64,000 nucleotides of DNA from Callorhinchus milii (taxonomy: Eukaryota), in NCBI RefSeq assembly GCF_018977255.1, contig NW_024704742.1:92754001-92818000 (forward strand), written 5' to 3'. Below the pieces are notes generated by a model that was given only the letters and a program-made list of their open reading frames with translations, ran no database searches and was not told the origin of the DNA. Below are positions 52,961 through 64,000 of this stretch, piece by piece (the first letter of the stretch is position 1; each line of letters starts with the position of its first letter). The position numbers were made by a program, and so were the translations under genes.

Positions 52961-53908
52961 CTTTACAGCATATTCTGTGAGGCGCTTTGAGACGTCCAGA
53001 AGACGTGAAAAGCACTCTAACAAACGCAAGGATCACCATTATTGAAGTCCAGCGGGACCGCACTGTATGGTGGTTCAATATGAACTAATAATCTAAAATG
53101 GACTTGACTTTATGGTCCCACAGAAGCCCTGAAACGTTCTTCAGCATTTGCCAGTCGAAAACTGGTAGAAAGCAATCAACAATCTCTCGCTCTCTGGCTG
53201 TTTCCTCTCCTCACCCCCGGCCCCACTCTCTTCTCGTCCCCTCGCTCCCGCCTCGCTCTCTCCCTGTGCTTAACTCTGGCGATGGGGGCTCTTTCTCTCG
53301 CGGCCGTTACTGCTTTGAGCTGAGTTGAATCAACACGAAGTTGCAATGATTAAATAAAAGAAAACGGAAGGGGGAAGAATACACCGAACTTGTGCATGTT
53401 ACAGCCGTTAGGAGGCCGGCAAAACACGCTGCAACAAGCCTCGTGTGGAGGAGGATGATGGCGGTGCCGGAGACCTCGCCCCCAAGCCGCCCGGGGAGGA
53501 AGGGGTGAGGGGGGAGGGAGGGAGGAAGGGGGAGGGAGGGGGGGAGGGAGGAGGCGGCGGCTCCTTTTCACAACAGTTTTGCGGTCGGTAACGACTGCCG
53601 TTGCGAAATTTCACGGCGCCCACCAAGCAAAAAAAAAGTTCATGACACCAACCAAACCGAATCGCTCATACCTCACAAACTCGCTCTTCACTATTTATTG
53701 ACAAACATTTCACACACATGTATATTGTGGAACAACATACTTTATCCTCCCCCCCCCTCCCCGCCCCCCAATACACACAGACAGATCGCTCTGACGTGCG
53801 CGGTTAAAGCTGGATTTAAAACCATATAAAGCACAATTTAAAACCATATCATCTTAAATGACCGTTTCCCCTACTTCCGCTCCTTTTTTAAGGCAAGCGA
53901 ACTCTTAC

Positions 53909-53967
53909 CTATACTCGTACTCATCGTCGAAGTACTTGTCCGAGTAGTAGATCTGTTTGTGAGACAT
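53909..53967 (-). CDS. CKS2: CKS2 coding exon 1 (MSHKQIYYSDKYFDDEYEYR)
   Basis: ATG at 53967; typical CKS N-terminus; donor AG|GTAAGA; 59 nt. Confidence 0.97.
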
Positions 53968-53969
53968 GT

Positions 53970-54460
53970 CCGCCCGCCCTCCCGTTCTTCTCCCCGTGTG
54001 AAGGCGCCGACTGAGAGCCACACGGCACTAACTGCGTGCGCTGCAAACCGAGAATCCTCGGGCAGATCAAACCCCAACCGCCTTCTGGGAGGAGGTGGGG
54101 GGAGGGGTGGGGGGAGCGGAGAGACACCCACGCGCGCCTGTTTGAATCGCACCGCGCGCTCTCTGATTGGACCGTTCGGAGAAGGGCTCGGCTCACGCGC
54201 GTCCAGTTTGAAATCGCCTCCACTATCGCGCATGCGCACTCTCCTTTGGCGACAACGTGGGTCCCCTTTCGCTTCCCTTCCCCGCCGTGCGCGCGCGCGC
54301 GCTCTTTCTCTCTCTCTCTCTCTGCCATTGGCCACGTGAAGAGGGCTTCTCCGCGAGATAGTTTGAATCGCTCTCCGCGCGCTCTGATTGAAGCACGCCC
54401 TCCCGACCGTTAGATGTAGCTCCTCCCCTCAGAGCGAGAGAGACCAATGATGCAGGATTG
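53970..54460 (-). promoter_or_regulatory. CKS2 CpG-island promoter/5'UTR with CHR, CCAAT, NRF1 and E-box motifs
   Basis: TTTGAA at 54141, 54207 and 54362; ATTGG/CCAAT at 54166, 54327 and 54444; GCGCATGCGCA at 54228-54238; CACGTG at 54333; dense CpG. Confidence 0.8.
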
Positions 54461-54464
54461 AGCG

Positions 54465-54590
54465 AGTTTGTGTGGCCCTGTGCTTTGGGCGGGTTTGTGG
54501 TTGGTGCGGCCCTGAGGTTTGGGCGGGTTTGTGCGGCCCTGTGGTTGGTGCGGCCCTGAGGTTTGGGTGGGTTTGTGCGGCCCTGTGGCT
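54465..54590. repeat. Short tandem repeat (gtttgggcgggtttgtgcggccctg-like) upstream of the CKS2 promoter
   Basis: Direct reading; contains GGGCGG boxes. Confidence 0.85.
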
Positions 54591-54884
54591 AATTTTTTTT
54601 CAAAAAAATGAAACCTACAAAACCATTTTTTTTCCGCTCCATCTTCCCCCCTTGAAGATTTTTTTTTACACAAACACACACACCGTTTCAGAAGCACGAA
54701 CCTGAATCGTCCACTCTGCTGTAACCACAGGGAGGCGAGGCACAGTATCAGGCTACTTTTGGGCTGGTGTTTGGTGGACTTTGGGCTACAAACGTGTTTT
54801 TAACTTCTGGCAAAACCCTCCCCGAGACAACAACAGCAACAAGATTTCATTTATATGACCATTGCATCCCCCCCGAGCAGGGGG

Positions 54885-55060
54885 AATGCAATGGTCAAGG
54901 CAGGATCCAATATTAGCTTTCAAGAGGGCATCAGACAGATATCTAAAAAGGGCGGGGGGGAAAGGGCAGGGAAATGGGATTGAATGGGTTGCTCGTTCAA
55001 AGAACAGACTCTCAATGGGGCTGAATGGCCTTCTTGTGTGCTGTAAATGTCTGGTTCTAT
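54885..55060 (+). mobile_element. CR1 3'-end fragment
   Basis: Similar to 63360-63535. Confidence 0.65.
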
Positions 55061-55062
55061 AC

Positions 55063-55087
55063 CAGGGGTGTCAAACTTATCGGGTTG
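55063..55087 (+). mobile_element. hAT-like terminal sequence split by the L2 insertion (continues ~58609-58660)
   Basis: CAGGGGTGTCAAACT resembles hAT termini; similar starts at ~46945 and ~38570. Confidence 0.4.
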
Positions 55088-58000
55088 AGTTCACCGCCCC
55101 AATCTGCGGGATAATGCCATCCACCTGACCGCTCCCGGTCCCCGCGTGCGCACTATGGCTGCCGCTTTGACCCGAGCCCCCTCACCCCCTCCCTCCCTCC
55201 CCCCTCCTCTCTCCCCCCAAACCCTCCCCCCTCTGCATCTCTCCCGCTCTCTCCTCCTCTCTCTCCGTCCCTCTCGTCTTCTATCCCCACTTGACCCTCC
55301 CACAACCTCCCTCTGTTCCAGCCTGGGAATCCTCCGCCGGGCTCACCGCGGCACTCGGCGTTGGCTGTCCAGCAGCAGCCACACCGACTGCCCCATTCCC
55401 CACCACACTCGCCAGCCACCCCGGACACAGACCCGGGGAGTCAACCTCTCCTCCCTCATCCCCATCCCCATCCCCCCCACCCCTGCCTCACAACCGGGAC
55501 CCCCCTCCCCTCCCACACACCCTTCTGTCAACCGCTCCCTCCACATCGGACTGCAAAATGTCCGCTCCCTCTGCAACAAGGCCCTGGTCATCAACGATCT
55601 CATCCTTGATGAGAACGTTGATATCATGGCCTTGACAGAAACGTGGCTCACCCCAGGCGACACCTTCCCCCTCACGGAGGCCACGCCACCCGGCTACACC
55701 TCCCACCACATCCCCCGCCCCAACCGCCGTGGCGGTGGTGTTGCCCTTATCTCAAGGACACCACTTGCCCTATCCCCCTACTCCACTGGCTCTTTCCCCT
55801 CCTTTGAGCACCTCACCCTCTCCCACCCCTCATTCCTCTCCCTTAAAATCCTCCTCCTCTACCGGCCCCCTAAAACCTCTCCCACCTTCATCTCTGACAT
55901 TTCAACACTCCTCACATCTCTTTGCCTCTCCTCTGATCGCCTCATCATCCTGGGCGACTTTAACCTACACTTCACCCCCTCCTGCTCCATCTCCACAGAC
56001 TTCTCTTCCCTGCTCTCCTCACTCAACCTTTCCCTACACATAAACTCCCCCACTCACAGTCACGGCCACCCACTCGATTTGGTGATCACCCGGGGCCTCA
56101 GTGTCTCGGATGTCACTATTACCGACAAGGCCATCTCCGACCACTACTTCATCTCCTTCACCACCTCCACCCCCCTCCCCACCTCCACCAGACCCACCAC
56201 CATCTTCTACCGCCCTTGGAAGAAGTTACCCCCACAATCCCTAACCGATGCCTTGGAGTCCTCTGAACTCCTCTCCCTCTGGCCTTCAACCCTCACCGAC
56301 CCCTCTTCTCCTCTCTCCCTCCTCCACAATACCCTCTCCTCCACACTCGATACTCTTGCCCCCATCACTTCCCGCACTGTCTCCTACTCCCGCTCCTCCC
56401 CCTGGTACACCACCCACCTCCGCTCACTGAAAAGCCAGGTGCGGGCTGCTGAACGCACCTGTGTCAAATCTGGCCTAACGGTCCACCGACAAATCTGGCT
56501 GGACCTCCTCAAAATTTACCGCTCCACTCTAGCCTCGGCCAAGTCGTCCTTCTACTCCAGGATAATCCTGGAGGCGAAGAACAACCCCAGGCTACTGTTT
56601 TCCACCACATCCCGACTCCTCCGTCCCCCCGCCACCCCGCGCAGGTCATCTCCTCCAACCTTCACTGCGAGGAGATGCTGGATTTCCTTGAATCCAAGAT
56701 CAAGGGAATCCGCTCCGCGGTCACTTCCCCTCCAACTTCCACCCACCACCCACCCCTTCCCTCCCACACTCCGACTCCTACCCATCCTCCCCTACACACC
56801 TTCGTACCCGTTTCCCCACCCTCTGTCACTGAACTCATCCTATCCCTAAAACCAACCACCTGCTCCCTTGACCCCATCCCCACTCCACTCCTTATCTCCC
56901 AGCTCCATTTTCTTGCCCCACACATCACTGACATCATAAACCTGTCCCTCTCCTCTGGCTCTGTCCCCATTCCATTAAAAACTGCCATCATCACGCCCAC
57001 CCTGAAAAAACCCTCCCTTGATGCGTCGCAGCTATCAAGCTACCGGCCCATCTCCAACCTCCCCTTTCTCTCCAAGGTCTTGGAAAGAGTTGTCGCCTCC
57101 CAACTGCGCTCTTTCCTTTCCACCCATTCTCTTTTTGAACCCCTTCAGTCAGGTTTCCGTGCTGCCATAGCACAGAAACTGCCCTGGTCAAGGTCACCAA
57201 TGATATCCTGACCATCTGTGACCAGGGCTCCCTCTGTCTCCTCGTCCTCCTCGACCTATCGGCAGCATTCGATACGGTCGACCACGCTATCCTACTCCAC
57301 CGCTTGTCCTCCCACCTCAACCTTCAAGGCACTGTCCTTGAATGGTTTAGCTCTTACCTTTCCCACCGTCTTCACTTCGTCTCAACGAATGGCTTCTCCT
57401 CCACCCCCCGTACTGTCTCATGTGGTGTCCCTCAGGGCTCTGTCCTCGGTCCCCTCCTCTTCACCCTCTATATGCTCCCCCTTGGTGACATCATCCGCAA
57501 ACATGGGGTTAACTTCCACATGTATGCGGATGACACCCAACTCTACCTTTCCTCCTCTACTCTCAACTCCACGACCACCGATGTCCTGACAGCCTGCCTG
57601 TCCGACATCGAGTCCTGGACGAGAGACAACTTTCTTCAGCTCAACGTGCGAAAAACCGAGGCCCTCCTGATTGGCTCACGTCAGCGCCTCCGCACCTCAG
57701 GCGCTGACACCATCAGCATCCAAGGCTGCACTCTCCACCTCTCAAAGCCAGTCAGGAACCTCGGCGTTTTGTTCGACCCTGAGCTGTCCTTTCTCCCTCA
57801 CATCCGCACCACAACTGGCACCGCCTTCCATCACCTCCGGAACATCGCCAGACTACGGCACTACCTCACCCCTCACGCTGCTGAAACCCTGGTTCACGCC
57901 TTTGTCACCTCAAGGCTGGACTATGGGAACTCTCTCCTCGCCGGCCTTCCCGCCACCTCCCTCCACAAGCTGCAGGTCATTCAGAACTCTGCAGCTCGTG

Positions 58001-58608
58001 TACTGTCCCGCACCAGGACCACATCACTCCCACCCTCGCTCGCCTCCACTGGCTCCCCATCCCCCAGAGGATTGATTTCAAGATCCTCATCCTCACCTAC
58101 AAGGCCATTCACGGCCTTGCTCCCTCCTACCTCTCCAACCTACTATCCCCCTACCTACCTGCCCGTACCCTCCGTTCCTCTGGCTCCGGTCTGCTCCACG
58201 TCCCCCGCCCCAACCGCCCTACCATCGGTGGTCGGGCCTTCAGCCTCTCAGCCCCGAGGCTCTGGAACTCCATCCCCCAGTGCCTTCGCCGCTTCCTCCC
58301 TTTCCTCCTTCAAGGCCGGTCTCAAAACCTTTCTCTTTGACCGTGCCTTCAGCTCCCCTCTCGACTCTCTTCCTCCTCCTCGCTCCCTCCCTTCCCTCCC
58401 CTCACCCTGACCATTTCCCCCCTCCTCTCTCCCTCCCTTCCCTCTCCTCACCTTGACCATTTCCCCCCTCCTTGCTCCCTCCCTTCCCTCACCCTGACCA
58501 TTTCCCCCCTGCTCGGGTCATGACCCAACTGTGCAGCGCCTTGGGACGTCCTCCTGACGTGAAAGGCGCTCTATAAATGGAATCTTGTTGTTGTTGTTGT
58601 TGTTGTTG
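55088..58608 (+). mobile_element. Near full-length L2-clade LINE, single ORF (APE endonuclease + RT), frameshifted
   Basis: ATG 55155; APE motifs QNVRS, ALTETWL, GGGVA, YRPP, GDFN, LDLV, SDH; RT motifs [28 protein letters not shown]; frameshifts near 56640 and 57165; 3' stem-loop and (TTG)n tail. Confidence 0.95.
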
Positions 58609-59034
58609 GAAGGGCATTTTAAGTTAACACAGTTCACTTGGTGGGCCTCGCCGCGAAACAAACGTTACACATAATAGTATAAAACAATCCTTGCATTTGA
58701 TATAGCGCCTTATCGCATCTTTTTGAGGCGTCTCAAAGCGCTTCACAGAATATACCGTAAAGCAAATTGACTACATTTTGTGGGTGAAACAAGGCAGCCA
58801 ATTGCGAAAAGCAGTGTCCCACAAACAGTCAGGGATTAAGTGACCAAATATTATTTTTTAAAATTAAAACGCATCTGCGTGCCATGATTACAATGTCAAT
58901 ACCGTCATTTACCGCCATTTTTCAGCCACTGAAAAAACCCACTGCCAAAAATAAACTGCTAACTTTCCCCTCCCGCCTCCGCCTCCCTCACTGCCTCCCC
59001 CCATCGCCTCTGTCTTCACCCCAACCAATAAACA

Positions 59035-59560
59035 AAATCTTTGTTGTTTTCTTTTAAAAAGGGCACATAGAATTTTACTAATGATAATTCATCAGATTAA
59101 AAGATCTCCCATTTAAATTCTATGTCTATTATATTAATATGTATTAGTCCATTTCTAATAGTTGGCCAGAATGAAGGCACAGATTTTGCAACACATTCCT
59201 CACTTTGTGATTGATATCCTCACCTTTCTGTCTCACAAAAGCAAGTTTGTAATTTAAATCACTCAATCTACATGTGGGAATTAGTAAATATCTGCCAACC
59301 CCTCCCACCTCCTCTACCTCCGTTAATCTCCCACCTCCACTCAGATGAATGCATTTGTGATTGGGAACAATATTCCTTTTTTCTTTTCTCAGTACAAACA
59401 ATTGTGTGCTCATAAAATCTGTCATAAACCAAACACCACACTAAAAAAATTGCGAGTTCCCTTTGCAATATTTTTTATATGGATAAAGTTCAATGTCACC
59501 AAGATACATTTACCCTATAAAGATAAATTAACTTTGTAATGTCTTCAGAATTCTGAATGC
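59035..59560. repeat. Second copy of the 1-500 repeat
   Basis: Colinear similarity with 1-500. Confidence 0.8.
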
Positions 59561-59581
59561 AGCAACTTTATCTAGATCTTT

Positions 59582-60117
59582 TCATCCACAGACGTGGGGT
59601 CAACTTCCACATGTATGCGGATGACACCCAACTCTACCTCTCTGCCTCCACCCTCAAATCCAGGACCATTGCTATCCTCACAGACTGCCTGTCAGACATC
59701 AAGTCCTGGATGAGAGCCAACTTCCTGCAGTTGAAACAAGACCAAGGTCCTCCTGCTTGGCTCAAGTCAGTGCCTCCATACTTCGGATGCTGACAGCATC
59801 TCCCTCCATGGATGCACTCTACATCTCAAGGAGCCAATACAGAACCTCGGTGTCCTGTTCGATCCTCAACAGTCCTTCATACCCAATATCCATGCCGTGA
59901 CCCACTCCACCTTTCCCCAACCACAACATTGCCCTACTGTGCCACTGTCTCACACCGCAGGCTGCCGAGACCCTCATACATGCATTCGTAACATTCAGGC
60001 TCGACTAGGCAGACTCCCTGCTTATCAGCCTCCCCAACTCCTCCTTCCATAGGCTGTAAATCATCCAGCTCTGCAACCCGTGTCCTCTCCCACACCAGGC
60101 TCCATGACCCAATCACT
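59582..60117 (+). mobile_element. Degenerate L2 RT fragment
   Basis: [15 protein letters not shown] translation. Confidence 0.88.
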
Positions 60118-60452
60118 GTAAATATAGGACCATTTGTATATAGCTTAGCATAATAGTAAGACGCTTGAAGTGATAAACTTATAATCATGACATATTATAT
60201 TAAAGGACGCTAACAAACAAGCAGTACCACTCCAACAGAATAGCCAGGTGTCGGCTGGGTAAACCATTCTCAGGACACTTAACACAATTTGAAACCAGTC
60301 ACGTACTGTTAAACCCAGAAGAACAGGCCTGTACGAGCTGGACGAGATAATAAATAAATATAGTTACACACACCTAAGTCACCTTTGTCTAAGAGGGACG
60401 CCTCAAGATCTGGGAAAATAGGGAGGCAACGGACAGAAAGATTAGCGTCCTG

Positions 60453-60767
60453 TGGAGTCCTGTAGCTCAGTGGTTAGAGCACTCACTTTGCAAGCGAGGG
60501 ACCTGAGTTCAATTCCAGGCAGGGCCAAACCTTGGGCAAGTTTCCTTACTCCACACACCTAATAATAATCCCTCCAAAACCAAAAACAATAATAAATTGG
60601 TCATTTTCAATCTACGACTGTTTGTGGGACATTGCTGTGTGCAATTGGCTGTTGCGTTCGCCCACAAATATACAGTCAATTTACTTCATAGTGTGTTCTG
60701 TGAAGCGCTTTGGGACATCCTCCCGATGTGAAAAGTGCTATATCAAATGCAGGGATTATTATTATTA
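60453..60767 (+). mobile_element. tRNA-derived SINE, short form
   Basis: Complete copy. Confidence 0.93.
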
Positions 60768-62499
60768 GAGAGACTGCAAGGGCAGGAGAAGAATGGGCGA
60801 ATGCCAGGACACTCACACCATCTGCAAACCGTTAGAAGAAATTAGCTAGGAAAAGAATGGAGTAAAGATAAGGTACAAGGAAGTGCAAAGAGATAACAAA
60901 GTCAGTTTGTTTGTAAGAGAACGCAAAGCTAAAAGTAACAAGTTAATTAATTAAGAGAACAAGGGTCAGGAGATAAAAGGCGCAGGACAATGACCAGTTC
61001 TGATCAGGAAGAATCTGGTTATTGTCTTGATGCTGCTAGAATGGTATAAAGATAGGAAGCTTAGAAAGGAAAGAATCGAAGAAAGGAGCACCCAAGATAG
61101 GAGGGCAGCTGGCTCAGTGGACTCGGAATCGTGCAAACTGCCGACACTGAGAACTCTGAATATCAGGACTCAGAGCAGGAAAAGAGCGAACGACTACCGT
61201 GCTTACTGCTGGTATTCGGGATTCGGAACAAGACACCAAAGAGGAAGTTTTCAGAGAAAAGTATGGAAGACAGGAGGAGCAAACCGATGAGGAGAGACAG
61301 TTTAGCTCATTTACAAATAATAATAAATTGGTCATTCAATCCACGGCTGTTTGGGGGACACTGCTGTGCACAATTGGCTGCTGCATTTCACCCACAAAAT
61401 ATACAGTCAATTCACTTGACAGTGTCTTCTGTGAAGTGCTTTGAGACATCTCGAAGATGTGATAAGGTGCTTCATTAAATGCAAGGATTATTATTATATC
61501 ATTTATATACAATATTTTTTATACTAATAGAATCATTAAAAGCCAGATGACTACTGACTTTCAAAACATAACAGCACTGGAAAAATGTTACATTAAACTT
61601 TAACATTTCTAGTTACACCAATGTGTGACAGGCTTATTTAATTAAAATCTCTGACATGGACTGAATATTTACATTTAGACTTTTTTTTCAAAGCAAAGTG
61701 TGAGTTTAACATGATTATGTTATTTTCAGCATTTTGGTGCCATCAGGTTTCTTTCATAAGAAAGCTGACTGATTATTTATGCTTTCAGAGTCAGTGGAGG
61801 TACAATAGGCCAAATGGCTTCCTTCTGTGCTGTCAATTTGTATGGCTCTATAATTCTAGTGATGAGAGTTTGAAAGACCGTCACTCAATAAGTGTACTTG
61901 TTACAGGAAGGCTGCTGAACCTAATAAAAAGAATCCTTGCATTTGATATAACACCTTTCACATCAGAAGGATGTCTCAAAGCATTTAACAGGATTTACTG
62001 TAAAGTGTAGTGACTGTATTTTGTGGGTGAAAATAAACTGTGGACCAGGCTCTTTGGGCTGAATACTGCTGTTTCTATGATTCCTGATACCAAATTATCC
62101 AATAATGAGATGTCATGGCTGACTAAGGAGGTAAGAATAAAACTAAACTTAAGGAAAAAAGTATATGAAAATTACAAAATGGATAACTGTGAAGAAAACG
62201 GAGGTGAATACAACAGTGTAGTCATATTGTGAGTCATACCTCCCGCTCTGCCCCTTCTGTCACTCTCTGCGCTGCTTCGTATGAGGAGACTGATCAGAAG
62301 AGAGGTACAGCTGGGACGTAAAGGTGTTAACCATATCAGGGCCTCCCCTCAGACCTCAGCACCCTAGGACATGGCTTACCTGGCTTATTGGTTAATTCAG
62401 CCTGATGGCAGGTACCAAGAACTCCCTGTGAGCTCAGCCTGAAATGTGTGAGGGCATTGCCACCATCTTACTGTCTGCAGCTCGGACACACAATCCTTC

Positions 62500-63535
62500 T
62501 CGGTTGTTTTTCTGACTGGAGGAAAGTGTGCAGTGATGTCCCCCAGGGGTCAGTATTGGGACCACTGCTGTTTTTGATCTATATAAATGACCTGGACTTA
62601 GGTGCAGGGAATACAAATTCCAAGGTTGCAGATGATACTAAGCTAGGAAAAGTAGTAAACAGTGAGGAGGATAGTAGCAGGCTGCAAATGGACATAGACA
62701 GACTGCTAAAATGGGTAGACACGTGGCAGATGAAGTTTAATGTGGATAAATGCAAAGTGATACATTTTGGGAGGAAGAATTGGGAGAGAGAATATAATCT
62801 AGATGGTACAATCATAAAGGGGGTGAAGGAACAGAGAGACCTGGGGGTGCATATAAGTAAATCTTTGAAGGTGGTAGGATAGGTAGATAAAGCTGTTAAA
62901 AAAACATACGGGATACTAGGCTTTATATATAGGGGTTTAGAATACAAAAGTCAGGAAATTATGATGAACCTTTATAAAACACTGGTTAGGTCTCAGCTAC
63001 AGTACTGTGTTCAGTTCTGGGCACCACAAATTAGGAAGGATGTCAAGGCATTGGAGAGGGTGCAAAGGAGATTTACCAGGAATGAGGGACTTCAGTTATC
63101 AGGAGAGGCTAGGGAAGCTGGGATTATTCTCCATGGAGCAGAGAAGGTTAAGAGGAAACTTAGTAGAAGTTTTCAAAATTATGAGGGGATTCGATAGGGT
63201 GAACAAGGAGAAACTATTTCCACTGATGGGTGGGTCGGTGACCCAAGGGCACTGATTTAAAATAATTGTTAAAAGAAACAGAGGGGATGTGAGGAGAATT
63301 TTTTTCACACAGCACGTTATTCGGATCTGGAATGCCTCGTCTGAAAGGGTGGTTGGAAGCTGATTCGATAATAACTTTTAAGAGAAGTAGCTAATTATTT
63401 GGGGAGGACAAATTTACAGGGCTATGGGGAGAGTGGGGGAATGGGATTGAATTGGACAGCTCTTTACAAAGAGCCAGCACAGACACGATGGGCCGAATGG
63501 CCTCCTTCTGTGCTGTATAATTCTATGATTCCTAT
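62500..63535 (+). mobile_element. 5'-truncated CR1-clade LINE
   Basis: [50 protein letters not shown]; 3' end ggccgaatggcctccttctgtgctgta...ttctatgatt. Confidence 0.93.
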
Positions 63536-64000
63536 TGAGCGATGGTTCCACCAGTTGGTGGTGCGGAGTTTAAGCAGCTTCTGCTTACCTCTCTGCAAAC
63601 CAATACATCTCCATACAGAAACATTACCCGCCTTACTCTATTTGAATGACACATGTGATGCAATAATATTAATAATAGCCACTGAATAGTGATCATGGAG
63701 AAATTGGCCCAGAGTGTTCCACATTAGGAAGAATGCATTTAGGAGGACGCTGCAAGAGAAAATAGAGCAAAATGAAAATCAAAAGAAAATAATGTAACAT
63801 TTGAGACAGTTATTTTCAGTGTCGGAACTGAAGGCTCATCTGAGTCATCTTTTAAGTAACTGATATGTGCACAACTAGTCAATTGATTTAATTGTTTGTA
63901 TAAATCTGTTTAAATATATACCTTGGTATCTACTTTTTGCACTCAAACATCTGTTGCTATGGGGATAATTAGAGTACTGTATTAGCTTTAGCAGAGTGGG

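Noticed and set aside
53871..54447. Overlapping ORFs across the CKS2 promoter
   Set aside because: GC-rich artefacts; the real exon is 53909-53967 in a different frame
60140..61310. Possible LTR-like segment (purine-rich, interrupted by a SINE)
   Set aside because: No TG...CA ends, PBS, second copy or coding remnant could be identified

Overview
This is eukaryotic (vertebrate) genomic DNA, not prokaryotic. The repeat content (tRNA/Deu-type SINEs sharing a tail with L2, CR1, Penelope-type fragments) suggests a cartilaginous fish, possibly a chimaera; that is an inference. Two protein-coding genes lie on the minus strand in the same order as in human. CKS2 is complete (3 coding exons, 79 aa, 53967->48575). 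SECISBP2 (SBP2) has 13 coding exons that I traced by hand from ATG 42858 down to 8693; the L7Ae-domain exons are not in the window. Both genes have CpG-rich promoters, and the CKS2 one carries repeated CHR/CCAAT modules. Most of the remainder is transposon-derived: a near full-length single-ORF L2 LINE, two young 5'-truncated sister copies, many older L2/CR1 fragments, more than 20 SINE copies or fragments, a probable non-autonomous Helitron, Penelope-type pieces with hammerhead-like cores, palindromic MITE-like elements and satellites. The most notable observations are: a young L2 lineage with mutually compensating -7/-2 deletions that recode about 91 codons of the ORF; a shared 5' truncation point in several L2 copies; an extra symmetric 135-nt SECISBP2 exon; a hammerhead-like motif; and the Helitron. 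Most short ORFs in the track are spurious. Exon coordinates were read by hand; repeat boundaries are approximate.
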